This document shows, piece after piece, positions 30,665 to 40,754 of a stretch of DNA of 64,000 nt. The translations under genes were made by a program, and so were the position numbers. The number at the start of each line of letters is the position of its first letter. The stretch's first letter is position 1. The notes beneath the pieces are model-generated. The model was given only the letters and a program-made list of their open reading frames with translations. It searched no databases and was not told the origin of the DNA. The stretch comes from Bacteroidia bacterium (lineage in GTDB: Bacteria; Bacteroidota; Bacteroidia; Flavobacteriales; Flavobacteriaceae): the NCBI GenBank assembly GCA_030430385.1, contig JAUIFO010000008.1, positions 118,126 through 182,125 on the forward strand. Direction: 5' to 3'.

Positions 30665-32524
30665 ATGGCAGAGCAAACCAATTATACCGAAGACAATATA
30701 CGTTCACTAGACTGGAAAGAGCATATTAGAATGCGTCCAGGAATGTATATAGGTAAGTTGGGAGATGGTTCATCACCTGATGACGGTATATATATCTTAC
30801 TTAAAGAGGTTTTAGATAACTCTATTGACGAGTATGTCATGGGAGCTGGTAAAACCATTGAAATTTCTATTCAAGGAAACAAAGTTATCGTTCGTGATTA
30901 TGGACGTGGTATTCCTCTAGGAAAAGTAGTAGATGTAGTTTCTAAAATGAATACTGGTGGAAAATACGATTCAAGAGCTTTCAAGAAATCGGTAGGATTA
31001 AATGGTGTTGGTACAAAAGCTGTTAATGCCTTATCCACTTATTTTAGGGTCGAATCAACTAGAGATGGAAAATCTGCGTCTGCCGAATTTGAGCAAGGGA
31101 CGCTTACGAATGAAGAACTCCTAGATGATACATCAAGACGAAAAGGTACCAAAGTATCTTTTGTTCCTGATAATAGTATTTTTAAAAACTACAAGTACCG
31201 CAATGAGTATGTAGAAAAAATGCTGAAAAACTATGTGTACTTAAACCCAGGTTTAACCATAGTTTTTAATGGAGAGAAATATTACAGTGAGAATGGATTA
31301 AAAGACCTTTTGGCTGAAAATATTACTGAAACAGATCGACTTTATAACATCATTCATCTTAAAGGTGATGATATTGAAGTGGCAATCACACACAGTAAAA
31401 CGCAGTACAGTGAACAATACCATAGTTTTGTAAATGGGCAGAATACCACGCAAGGCGGTACACATTTATCTGCTTTTCGTGAAGCTTTAGTAAAAACCAT
31501 TAGAGAGTTTTTTGGAAAGAATTACGATGCGTCTGACGTTAGAAAATCGGTTGCTTCAGCAATTTCTATCAAGGTTATGGAACCAGTTTTCGAAAGTCAA
31601 ACAAAAACCAAACTCGGTTCTACAGATATGGGAGGCGAACTACCAACTGTAAGAACTTATGTCAATGATTTTATGAAGACCTATCTCGATAATTACCTTC
31701 ATAAAAATCCGGATGTTGCTGAAAAGATTCAAAAGAAGATCCTTCAGGCAGAACGTGAACGAAAAGAACTTTCTGGCATTAGAAAGCTTGCACGAGATCG
31801 TGCCAAGAAAGCGAGTCTTCACAATAAAAAATTAAGGGATTGTCGTGTGCATTTTGGAGACACTAAAAATGAACGAAATCTTGAAACAACCTTATTTATC
31901 ACTGAGGGAGATTCGGCTTCAGGAAGTATTACTAAATCGAGAGACGTCAACACTCAAGCGGTGTTTAGCTTAAAAGGAAAACCTCTGAATTCTTATGGAT
32001 TAAGCAAGAAAATTGTTTATGAAAATGAAGAGTTCAATCTACTACAAGCAGCGCTTAATATTGAAGAGTCACTCGAAGATTTACGCTATAATAATATTGT
32101 AATTGCAACAGATGCTGATGTGGATGGCATGCACATTAGACTCTTGTTAATTACATTCTTTTTGCAATTCTTTCCTGAATTAATCAAGGAAGGTCATTTG
32201 TATATCTTACAAACACCATTGTTTAGAGTACGAAACAAAAAGGAAACCATTTATTGCTATTCCGATGAAGAGCGTCGTAATGCTATAGAGAAACTAAAAC
32301 CAAAACCTGAAATCACACGATTTAAAGGTTTGGGTGAAATTTCTCCTGATGAATTCCAGCACTTTATTGGTGAAGACATCAGATTAGATCCTGTAATGTT
32401 AGATAAGGACATGTCTATTGATGAGTTGCTGTCTTTTTACATGGGAAAAAACACACCAACACGTCAAGAGTTTATTATTGAAAACTTAAAAGTAGAGTTA
32501 GATCTTGTAGACCAAGACGCCTAA
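30665..32524 (+). CDS. parE: DNA topoisomerase IV subunit B
   Basis: GHKL ATPase ([17 protein letters not shown]) and Toprim ([17 protein letters not shown]). The 619-aa short form in an operon with parC is typical of Bacteroidota topo IV. Confidence 0.88.
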   Translation: MAEQTNYTEDNIRSLDWKEHIRMRPGMYIGKLGDGSSPDDGIYILLKEVLDNSIDEYVMGAGKTIEISIQGNKVIVRDYGRGIPLGKVVDVVSKMNTGGKYDSRAFKKSVGLNGVGTKAVNALSTYFRVESTRDGKSASAEFEQGTLTNEELLDDTSRRKGTKVSFVPDNSIFKNYKYRNEYVEKMLKNYVYLNPGLTIVFNGEKYYSENGLKDLLAENITETDRLYNIIHLKGDDIEVAITHSKTQYSEQYHSFVNGQNTTQGGTHLSAFREALVKTIREFFGKNYDASDVRKSVASAISIKVMEPVFESQTKTKLGSTDMGGELPTVRTYVNDFMKTYLDNYLHKNPDVAEKIQKKILQAERERKELSGIRKLARDRAKKASLHNKKLRDCRVHFGDTKNERNLETTLFITEGDSASGSITKSRDVNTQAVFSLKGKPLNSYGLSKKIVYENEEFNLLQAALNIEESLEDLRYNNIVIATDADVDGMHIRLLLITFFLQFFPELIKEGHLYILQTPLFRVRNKKETIYCYSDEERRNAIEKLKPKPEITRFKGLGEISPDEFQHFIGEDIRLDPVMLDKDMSIDELLSFYMGKNTPTRQEFIIENLKVELDLVDQDA

Positions 32525-32587
32525 TCATGATAAAAATCCTTTAACCTTCATTTTTTAAACAATACCAAACTAAACTTAACAACAAGA

Positions 32588-33070
32588 ATGAGAACCAATA
32601 ATTCAAAAACCAAAAATGCAATAATATCTGTATACTTTGTAATTCTCGTTCTTGCTATCGCTGCACCAATCTTTATAAAATCCTTAAGATTGTTTGGTGC
32701 AAATGCTACGATGAGTTCTGTAGTGATTGGAGTGCTATTGATAGGGTTATTTTTCTTAGTGCACTTTATTTGTAGATTTTTTGAATATGATAGTGATGGA
32801 ACAAAGGTGATTGTAACAAATAGAGGGTTATTATTATCTGACTATATGAATTACAGAGAACATGTTGTGGAGTTCGATAAAAAGGACTTAGTGGCTTACA
32901 GTTTTAAAAATTATATCATATACAGAACGCTAACGCTTTATTTGTTAAACTCCAGAGGAAAAAAGCGAAAAGAAACGTTTAACATATCATTAGTTAATAA
33001 AAGAAAACGAAAATACATAAGACAATCATTAAAGAAAATTGTTAAAGCCAACAAAAAAGCTGCTATGTAA
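32588..33070 (+). CDS. small membrane protein embedded in the parE-parC operon
   Basis: Two TM helices, a soluble ~80-aa domain and a polybasic tail (RGKKRKE..NKRKRKYIRQSLKK). Its stop overlaps the parC ATG (TAATG). Confidence 0.5.
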   Translation: MRTNNSKTKNAIISVYFVILVLAIAAPIFIKSLRLFGANATMSSVVIGVLLIGLFFLVHFICRFFEYDSDGTKVIVTNRGLLLSDYMNYREHVVEFDKKDLVAYSFKNYIIYRTLTLYLLNSRGKKRKETFNISLVNKRKRKYIRQSLKKIVKANKKAAM

Positions 33071-35748
33071 TGAGTGAGGAGAATAACGATTTAATTAACA
33101 ACACACCCGAAGATAATAATGAAACGATTACCAGAGTAACTGGTATGTATAAAGACTGGTTTTTGGATTACGCCTCTTATGTAATCCTTGAACGCGCTGT
33201 ACCTGCCATTGAAGATGGTTTCAAGCCTGTGCAACGTCGTATTATGCATTCTATGAAAGATCTGGATGATGGTCGATACAATAAAGTTGCTAATATTGTG
33301 GGGCATACGATGCAGTATCATCCTCATGGCGATGCTAGTATTGCGGATGCTATGGTGCAAATCGGTCAGAAGGATTTGTTGATCGACACACAAGGAAACT
33401 GGGGAAATATTTTAACAGGAGATAGTGCAGCGGCTTCACGTTATATTGAAGCACGTTTGTCTAAGTTTGCTTTAGATGTGGTCTATAACCCTAAAATCAC
33501 AGAATGGCAAGCGAGTTATGATGGCAGACGAAAGGAACCTGTAAACTTACCTGTAATGTTTCCGCTGTTATTAGCGCAAGGTGGAGAAGGAATTGCTGTT
33601 GGTTTGTCTACTAAAATCTTACCACACAATTTTATAGAACTTATAGAGGCTTCTGTGAAGCACTTACAAGGAAAACGTTTTAAACTAGTTCCTGACTTTC
33701 CAACAGCTGGTATTGCGGATTTTACAAATTATAATGATGGCCAACGTGGTGGAAAGGTTCGAGTGAGAGCTAAGATTTCTCAACTTGATAAAAACACATT
33801 AGTCATTACTGAAATCCCTTTCGGAACCAATACGTCTTCATTGATTGATTCCATTCTGAAGGCTAATGATAAAGGAAAGATCAAGATCAAGAAGATTGAA
33901 GACAATACTGCTGCTGATGTTGAAATTTTAGTGCATTTACCTTCTGGAATTTCGCCTGACAAAACGATTGATGCGTTATATGCTTTTACCAATTGTGAGA
34001 CTTCAATTTCACCTTTAGGCTGTGTTATTGAAGATAATAAACCCTTGTTTGTTGGTGTGTCTGAAATGTTACGACGCTCGACTGATAATACGGTTCAATT
34101 ATTAAAAAGTGAGCTGGAGATTAAACTTGGCGAGTATGAGGAGCAATGGCATTTTGCATCCTTAGAACGTATCTTTATTGAAAATAGAATCTATCGCGAC
34201 ATTGAAGAAGAAGAGACTTGGGAAGGTGTAATTCGTGCGATTGACAAAGGACTTCAGCCACATATCAAGCATTTAAAACGTGCAGTTACTGAAGAGGATA
34301 TCGTTCGACTTACCGAAATTAGAATTAAACGTATTTCGAAATTCGATATCGATAAAGCGCAACAAAAAATTGAAGCGCTTGAAGAACAAATTGCTGAAGT
34401 AAAACACCATTTAGCGCATCTTATTGATTATGCCATTGCCTATTTTCAGCGTTTGAAAAAAGAATATGGCGAAGGTCGTGAGCGTAAAACAGAAATTAGA
34501 ACCTTTGAAGATGTCGATGCTACCAAAGTAGTCATTAGAAATACCAAGCTCTATGTCAATAGAGAAGAAGGCTTTATTGGTACATCATTACGACGTGACG
34601 AATACGTATGTGATTGTAGTGATATTGATGATATCATTGTATTTACAAGAGAAGGTAAAATGATGGTAACCAAAGTGGATAGTAAAACCTTTATTGGTAA
34701 AGATATTATTCATGTTGCAGTCTTCAAGAAAAAAGACAAACGAACCATTTATAATATGATCTATCGCGATGGTAGCAAAGGGCCAACTTACGTTAAGCGC
34801 TTTGCTGTGACCTCTGTGACACGTGATCGCGAGTATGATCTAACCAATGGAAACAAAAGCTCAAAGGTTTGGTATTTTTCTGCAAATCCTAATGGTGAAG
34901 CTGAAGTTATAACGGTTTATTTACGACAGGTTGGTAGTATCAAGAAATTGAAATGGGACTTAGATTTCGCTGAAATTCTAATTAAAGGTCGCGCATCTAA
35001 AGGTAACCTGGTAACTAAATATTCGGTTAAAAAGATCGAATTAAAAGAAAAAGGCTTATCAACACTTAAGCCACGCAAGATCTGGTTTGATGATACTGTA
35101 CAACGTTTAAATGTTGATGGTAGAGGTGAACTTGTTGGTGAATTTAGAGGCGAAGATCGTTTGCTAATTATCACGCAATCTGGAATAGTTAAAACCATAC
35201 TTCCAGAACTCACTACACACTTTGATGATGATATGATCGTATTGGAAAAATGGATTCCTAAAAAACCAATTTCTGTAATTTACTTTAATGGTGAACGTGA
35301 GTTGTATTATGTCAAACGTTTCTTGATAGAGAATGAAGGTAAAGAAGAAAGCTTTATCACAGATCATCCAAAATCACAATTAGAAATTGTGTCTACAGAT
35401 TGGAAGCCAATGGCAGAAATTGAATTCACAAAAGAACGTGGTAAAGACAGAAAGGACAACGAAGAAATCAATCTTGAAGAATTTATTGCAGTAAAAGGAA
35501 TTAGCGCTATTGGAAATCAGCTCACTAAAGATAAGATCAATCAGATTAATCTTCTAGAGCCTTTGCCTTATGAAGCGCCTGAAGAGGTCCCAGCTGAAGC
35601 GATTGAAGTGGTTGATGAAACTGACGTGAGTTCTGAGCCTGCAGACGAGACTGCATCAGAAACTCAAAAACCGTCTACAGACACCAAAGCATCATCAGAA
35701 GGTGAAGATCCTAATTTTGATGATTCTGGTCAAGCATCGTTGTTTTGA
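33070..35748 (+). CDS. parC: DNA topoisomerase IV subunit A
   Basis: LDYASYVILERAVPAIEDGFKPVQRRI and the active-site region AASRYIEARL. The C-terminal tail is acidic. Confidence 0.88.
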   Translation: MSEENNDLINNTPEDNNETITRVTGMYKDWFLDYASYVILERAVPAIEDGFKPVQRRIMHSMKDLDDGRYNKVANIVGHTMQYHPHGDASIADAMVQIGQKDLLIDTQGNWGNILTGDSAAASRYIEARLSKFALDVVYNPKITEWQASYDGRRKEPVNLPVMFPLLLAQGGEGIAVGLSTKILPHNFIELIEASVKHLQGKRFKLVPDFPTAGIADFTNYNDGQRGGKVRVRAKISQLDKNTLVITEIPFGTNTSSLIDSILKANDKGKIKIKKIEDNTAADVEILVHLPSGISPDKTIDALYAFTNCETSISPLGCVIEDNKPLFVGVSEMLRRSTDNTVQLLKSELEIKLGEYEEQWHFASLERIFIENRIYRDIEEEETWEGVIRAIDKGLQPHIKHLKRAVTEEDIVRLTEIRIKRISKFDIDKAQQKIEALEEQIAEVKHHLAHLIDYAIAYFQRLKKEYGEGRERKTEIRTFEDVDATKVVIRNTKLYVNREEGFIGTSLRRDEYVCDCSDIDDIIVFTREGKMMVTKVDSKTFIGKDIIHVAVFKKKDKRTIYNMIYRDGSKGPTYVKRFAVTSVTRDREYDLTNGNKSSKVWYFSANPNGEAEVITVYLRQVGSIKKLKWDLDFAEILIKGRASKGNLVTKYSVKKIELKEKGLSTLKPRKIWFDDTVQRLNVDGRGELVGEFRGEDRLLIITQSGIVKTILPELTTHFDDDMIVLEKWIPKKPISVIYFNGERELYYVKRFLIENEGKEESFITDHPKSQLEIVSTDWKPMAEIEFTKERGKDRKDNEEINLEEFIAVKGISAIGNQLTKDKINQINLLEPLPYEAPEEVPAEAIEVVDETDVSSEPADETASETQKPSTDTKASSEGEDPNFDDSGQASLF

Positions 35749-35755
35749 TTTAATT

Positions 35756-36487
35756 ATGCACGCTTACAGTAACATCGATACAGAATTTGGATTTAACAAT
35801 GAAGCCTTGTTTTTGGGATTACCAGAACATGTTTGTTCTATTTTAAAATCTAATATGTCTTCGATACAGTATAAAGCTGGAGATTATATTTTCAAAGAAT
35901 ATGACCAGCCTTTAGGTATTTACAGGGTGTCTTCAGGTAAGGTTAAAAAATTGACTACTACAGATTTCGGAACAGAGCATATATTTTATATCTGTAAGCA
36001 AAAAGAATTCTTAGGTTATCATGCAGTTATAAGTCAAGAAAAATATGCTGATTCAGCTGTAGCATTGGTGGATAGCTCTATTGATTTTATACCAATCAAA
36101 GACTTTCAGCGTGCAATGGAAGCTTCAAACGAATTGATACAGCGTTTATTAAAAACGCTAAGCCATGAATTTAGAGTCTATATTAATGCTACTAAGATAT
36201 TGGCTAAATATACTGTTAGAGAACGTACTGCACTAAACCTACTAATACTTGAATGCAAATTTAGAAGTGGTACTCAAGATCAAACCGAAATCATCATAAC
36301 TCGTGATAATTTAGCAAATATGGTAGGAACTGCTAAAGAATCTCTTGTGAGAACACTAAAAGAATTTAAGGACGATAATTTAATTTCCACTAATAGGAGT
36401 AGTATTTTTATTAAGGATTATAAAAAGTTATTAAAAGTATCATGCTTTAATAAACCTCAAGTTGATAAATATCAATATAAGATTTAA
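35756..36487 (+). CDS. Crp/Fnr family transcriptional regulator
   Basis: cNMP-binding-like beta-roll, then an HTH (RDNLANMVGTAKESLVRTLKEFKDDNLI). I trimmed the track start 35702, which overlapped parC, to ATG 35756. Confidence 0.75.
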   Translation: MHAYSNIDTEFGFNNEALFLGLPEHVCSILKSNMSSIQYKAGDYIFKEYDQPLGIYRVSSGKVKKLTTTDFGTEHIFYICKQKEFLGYHAVISQEKYADSAVALVDSSIDFIPIKDFQRAMEASNELIQRLLKTLSHEFRVYINATKILAKYTVRERTALNLLILECKFRSGTQDQTEIIITRDNLANMVGTAKESLVRTLKEFKDDNLISTNRSSIFIKDYKKLLKVSCFNKPQVDKYQYKI

Positions 36488-36553
36488 AGTTGTTTTCCGT
36501 TATTATCAATAATATTGAATATTATATAATAACCAATTTTGAATTTAAAACGT

Positions 36554-36991
36554 ATGAAATGTCTTGTTTCTTTTGTATTGCTATTCTTTATCCAAACATC
36601 CTTAGTGAACGCTCAAGATTGGATTACCAATTTTGACGAAGCTAAAGCGATAGCTAAAGCAGATCAAAAGCCTATTATTTTAGTATTTCAAGGATCTGAT
36701 TGGTGTGCACCTTGTATCAAATTAGAGAAAGAAATATTGAGTACATCAACGTTTCAAAATTATGCCAAATCGCATTTTGTGATGCTTCAAGCTGATTTTC
36801 CTAAAAGAAAAAATAACAAGTTATCTGATGAGCAACAAGCTCATAACAATGCGCTTGCCGAAACGTATAATAAAAATGGTTTTTTTCCTTATGTTGTGAT
36901 TTTAGATGCAAATGGAAAAATGCTAGGTTCTACTGGATATAAAAAGATGTCGCCTTCAGATTATATTGATTTGTTGAACTCATTTAAATAG
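36554..36991 (+). CDS. exported thioredoxin-fold protein (WCAPC)
   Basis: Signal peptide MKCLVSFVLLFFIQTSLVNAQ and redox motif GSDWCAPC. Confidence 0.75.
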   Translation: MKCLVSFVLLFFIQTSLVNAQDWITNFDEAKAIAKADQKPIILVFQGSDWCAPCIKLEKEILSTSTFQNYAKSHFVMLQADFPKRKNNKLSDEQQAHNNALAETYNKNGFFPYVVILDANGKMLGSTGYKKMSPSDYIDLLNSFK

Positions 36992-36996
36992 GAATT

Positions 36997-37980
36997 TTGA
37001 AACAGTTTATTGCAATAGTTCTTACATTAATTTCTGTTGTTGCTCTTGAAGCGCAAGAGACTCATAAACGTGTTTTGAAGTTAATGGGAAGTCGTTTTGA
37101 GATTACTGTGGTGGCTAAAGATTCTATTGAAGCGAGTTCATATATCGATTTAGCTATAACCGAAATTTCTAGGATAGAGGCTTTAATTTCATCTTGGGAT
37201 GAAAACTCACAAACTTCTAAAATAAATTTAAATGCAGGAATACAACCTGTAAAGGTTAATCAAGAGCTCTTTGATTTGATTGAGCGTTCAATAAAAATTT
37301 CTGAATTGACTGATGGTGCATTTGATATTTCCTACGCTTCTATGGATCGTATATGGAAATTTGATGGCTCTATGACTCAAATGCCTTCAGAGATAGATAT
37401 TAAAAATTCTGTTGCAAAAGTTGGTTTTAAAAATATAGTCCTTAATAAAGAAAACACAACAGTTTACTTGAAACATGAAGGAATGCGAATTGGTTTTGGA
37501 GCTATAGGAAAAGGTTATGCCGCAGATAAAGCCAAAATGTTATTACAAGATAAAGGTGTTAAGTCTGGTATAATCAATGCTTCAGGTGATATGACTACTT
37601 GGGGAAAACAAATTAATGGAGAGGATTGGAAAGTTGCTATCACTAATCCTCTAAATAAGCACAAAGCTTTTGCGTTGTTACCAGTTAAAAAAGGAGCTGT
37701 TGTAACTTCAGGAAATTATGAAAAATTCGTCACTTTTAATGATAAGCGTTATACACACATCATTGATCCTAGAACGGGTTATCCTTCATCAGGAATTATA
37801 AGTGTAACTGTATTTGCACCAAAAGCTGAGCTTGCTGATGCTTTGTCAACTTCAGTTTTTGTTATGGGAAAAGAAGTTGGTTTGAATAGAATCAATCAAC
37901 TACCTAACATAGAATGTATCATTATTGATGATCAAGGACAAATAATAACATCAACTAATATTAAAATTAATAAAATATGA
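36997..37980 (+). CDS. apbE: FAD:protein FMN transferase
   Basis: ApbE motifs GAIGKGYAADKA, ASGD and HIIDPRTG, with a signal peptide. The apparent start is TTG; the next in-frame ATG would delete the signal peptide. Confidence 0.85.
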   Translation: MKQFIAIVLTLISVVALEAQETHKRVLKLMGSRFEITVVAKDSIEASSYIDLAITEISRIEALISSWDENSQTSKINLNAGIQPVKVNQELFDLIERSIKISELTDGAFDISYASMDRIWKFDGSMTQMPSEIDIKNSVAKVGFKNIVLNKENTTVYLKHEGMRIGFGAIGKGYAADKAKMLLQDKGVKSGIINASGDMTTWGKQINGEDWKVAITNPLNKHKAFALLPVKKGAVVTSGNYEKFVTFNDKRYTHIIDPRTGYPSSGIISVTVFAPKAELADALSTSVFVMGKEVGLNRINQLPNIECIIIDDQGQIITSTNIKINKI

Positions 37981-38189
37981 CTAAGAGGATTTTAATGGTA
38001 ATCGTTACGCTTTTAAGCTTGTCTTCTTGTGTTGCTGTAAAGGAATATGAGAAGGTTAATCTGAATGATCCTGATATGTTGTTGGCGGAAAAGAAATCTG
38101 ATAGAAATATATCAACATTTCATTCATACAGAGAAGCTGCGTCTGGTGGTAATGGAGGAAAGACAGGTGGAGGTTGTGGTTGTAACTAA
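37977..38189 (+). CDS. small lipoprotein, DUF4266-like, C-terminal GGGCGCN
   Basis: Lipobox LSLSSC. The 70-aa protein ends in ASGGNGGKTGGGCGCN. Its start overlaps the apbE stop (ATGA). Confidence 0.6.
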   Translation: MTKRILMVIVTLLSLSSCVAVKEYEKVNLNDPDMLLAEKKSDRNISTFHSYREAASGGNGGKTGGGCGCN

Positions 38190-38203
38190 TTATTGATAAC
38201 GAT

Positions 38204-39511
38204 TTGAAAAAGATACTAACCCTATTGTTTTGCTGTTATGCGTGTCAGTTTTACGCGCAAGATTCAACTGCTACCTACAAGAAGCGCGTGCTTGAAACTA
38301 CTGAAATAGATTTCTTAACAAGCTATTATACTCAAGATGGAGAGAATGCTGCTGTTAGTGGTGGTATTGGAACTGAAGAACTTAGTGATGTGACAGCTGC
38401 TTTTGTGGTATCGATTCCTTTAAATGACGATGATGTACTTACTATTGACGCAGGTATTTCTGCATATACTTCAGCGTCATCGAGTAATGTTGGTCCTTTT
38501 GATTCTAGTGGTAGAGCTAACCCTTATGACGCGAGTACTGGAGCTTCCCAAGGTGATGTTTGGGCAAATATAACAGGAACTTATTCGCATAGTTCTGATG
38601 ATAGAAATGACATCTGGTCTGCCAAATTATCGATATCAACAGAGTATGATTACTTTTCGGCTGGTGTAGGCGGAAGTTATACGAAATTATTGAATGAAAA
38701 AAATACTGAGTTAAGTATTAATGGTAATGTTTTTATTGACTCTTGGAATGCATTATACCCAACAGAGTTACGACCATTTGCCGATGGAGGAGACGGATTA
38801 AACAATGTGTTGTTTAATCAGTATATGATATCAGGAAACCCTAATTATAACCCAAATTTTTCTGAGTTTGATAGTGAAGGACGAAATACTTACAGTCTTG
38901 GATTTGGATTTTCTCAGATCATGTCTAAAAAACTTCAAGGGTCATTAGCACTTGATTTAGTAATGCAGGATGGTTTATTATCGACACCTTTTCAGCGAGT
39001 TTATTTTTTAGATGTGGCAGATTCTTTTATTGAAGATTTTCATTTGGCGGATGATATAGAAAGACTCCCAGACTCGCGCTTTAAAGTAGCAATAGGAGGA
39101 CGACTTCATTATTATATAAATGAAACATTTGTGTTGCGAACATTTTACAGGTACTATTTTGATGATTGGGGAATTGCATCTCATACAGCTAGTTTAGAAG
39201 TTCCAATCAAGCTAACAGATAAGTTTACAATCTATCCATCGTACAGATTTTATACACAAACTGCAGCAGATTATTTTGCACCTTACAATACACATTTGTC
39301 TACAGATGAGTTTTATACTTCTGATTATGATTTGTCAGATTATAGTGCTAATCAATTTGGGTTTGGAGTAAGTTATACGGATATCTTTACTAAATTCCAT
39401 ATATACAAATTTGGATTAAAAAGTATAGACTTAAAGTTTACGCAATATGACAGAAACAACTCGCTAAGTGCTAGTATGTTTTCAGCAGGTTTCAAATTTA
39501 TTATGGACTAA
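38204..39511 (+). CDS. predicted outer-membrane beta-barrel protein, DUF3570-like
   Basis: Signal peptide MKKILTLLFCCYACQFYAQ and alternating-hydrophobic strands throughout. The start is TTG. It completes the Trx-ApbE-DUF4266 gene order. Confidence 0.6.
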   Translation: MKKILTLLFCCYACQFYAQDSTATYKKRVLETTEIDFLTSYYTQDGENAAVSGGIGTEELSDVTAAFVVSIPLNDDDVLTIDAGISAYTSASSSNVGPFDSSGRANPYDASTGASQGDVWANITGTYSHSSDDRNDIWSAKLSISTEYDYFSAGVGGSYTKLLNEKNTELSINGNVFIDSWNALYPTELRPFADGGDGLNNVLFNQYMISGNPNYNPNFSEFDSEGRNTYSLGFGFSQIMSKKLQGSLALDLVMQDGLLSTPFQRVYFLDVADSFIEDFHLADDIERLPDSRFKVAIGGRLHYYINETFVLRTFYRYYFDDWGIASHTASLEVPIKLTDKFTIYPSYRFYTQTAADYFAPYNTHLSTDEFYTSDYDLSDYSANQFGFGVSYTDIFTKFHIYKFGLKSIDLKFTQYDRNNSLSASMFSAGFKFIMD

Positions 39512-40305
39512 TTTGCTTTTTGTTTCCGCTTTGCGGCTTTGTAGTTTAAAAATTCTACAAACAATGAAAACGCAATAGCGAAATATAAATACCCTTTAGG
39601 AATAGCGCCAACCTGATTTCCGAAGAATGCTGTATGCGATAAATGTGCAGCTTCAGTGACAAGCATAAATCCTATAAGAATTAAAAAGGCTAGTCCGAGC
39701 ATCTGTATACTTGGATTCTTTTCTATGAATTTACGAATTGGATTAGCAAAGCCTATCATAATGATAATCGAGATCACTACAGCAATGATCATTAATACTA
39801 AGGTGTAATTATGATTAGGATGTAATCCATTGGTCATTCCAACAGCCGTTAAAATAGAATCGATTGAAAAAATAAAATCAATAATCAAAATTTGAGTTAA
39901 TGCCTGGGATAAGGAAGTGATTTTTTTTCCGCGAACCTGATCTTCATCATGCTCTGGAGTATTTACTTTTTCTCTAATTTCAGACGTACTTTTGTAAATT
40001 AAAAACAATCCACCTACAAATAAAATAATGGCTTGCCAACTTATGTGGAGTTCAATCCAAGAGTTTTCTAAAGAAAAAAACGGTTTCGATAATCCTACTA
40101 AAAAGGACACAAAAAATAACAAAACGATGCGTTGCACCATAGCTAACAGTAATCCAATATTTGTAGCTTTACCTCTTTGGTGTTCAGGAAGTTTATTGGC
40201 TGCTATTGAGATAAACACAATATTATCGATGCCCAAAACAATTTCTAAAAAGGTTAAGGTCAATAAGGCAATAATAGCATCACTCGTGAGTAAAAACTCT
40301 ATCAT
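39508..40305 (-). CDS. TerC family integral membrane protein
   Basis: LGIDNIVFISIAANKLP and a second repeat IDFIFSIDSILTAVG. There are 7 or more TM segments. Confidence 0.85.
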   Translation of the reverse strand: MIEFLLTSDAIIALLTLTFLEIVLGIDNIVFISIAANKLPEHQRGKATNIGLLLAMVQRIVLLFFVSFLVGLSKPFFSLENSWIELHISWQAIILFVGGLFLIYKSTSEIREKVNTPEHDEDQVRGKKITSLSQALTQILIIDFIFSIDSILTAVGMTNGLHPNHNYTLVLMIIAVVISIIIMIGFANPIRKFIEKNPSIQMLGLAFLILIGFMLVTEAAHLSHTAFFGNQVGAIPKGYLYFAIAFSLFVEFLNYKAAKRKQKAN

Positions 40306-40306
40306 T

Positions 40307-40693
40307 TTAGTTTATTTTTTTTGCAGTTCCTTTCTCAATACGTGCTTTCTTGTATGGATCTTTAACTGCTAGTTGGTATTCAAAGGTGTAAGTATCTTCA
40401 GTGGTACTTAAGATTTTAAAGTGTATGGCTTTTTCTTCGGCAATAGATTTTGGGTGTAAAGCTTTTTGAATAAACTCACAATCGTTGATCCAGCGCACTG
40501 AAGCAGAATCAACCTTATTTTCAAAATAATCAATGTTTAAGTCTTCAGTTCTTTTAAATGTACCTGTTTGTTCCTTGCCATCAATAGTGTAGGTGAATTC
40601 AAACGTACCAGTTTTGAAATCGTTACAATGACGTTGCGGTTCATAACAACTCAATAACATAAGGCACACTAAAAGACTTAAAAGACATCTCAT
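40307..40693 (-). CDS. hypothetical lipoprotein
   Basis: Lipobox CLMLLSC when started at ATG 40693. The longer track ORF would overlap the upstream HTH gene by 86 nt. Confidence 0.5.
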   Translation of the reverse strand: MRCLLSLLVCLMLLSCYEPQRHCNDFKTGTFEFTYTIDGKEQTGTFKRTEDLNIDYFENKVDSASVRWINDCEFIQKALHPKSIAEEKAIHFKILSTTEDTYTFEYQLAVKDPYKKARIEKGTAKKIN

Positions 40694-40754
40694 TTTTAAA
40701 GTTTTGTCAAAATTACAAAATGAGAATCGTGTATTTGATAAATTGTATTTAAAA

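Noticed and set aside
35702-35755. N-terminal extensions offered by the ORF track: Crp/Fnr here, also 56524..56604, 62211..62324, 40694..40840, 25575..25631 and 15822..15863
   Set aside because: The extensions start at TTG/GTG, and they overlap upstream genes or bury a perfectly good signal peptide or lipobox. The first ATG gives canonical N-termini.
40306-40420. Looked for a yybP-ykoY (Mn) riboswitch upstream of the TerC-family gene
   Set aside because: There is no leader. The upstream lipoprotein gene stops 1 nt before the TerC start, so the TerC gene is co-transcribed and no space exists for a riboswitch.
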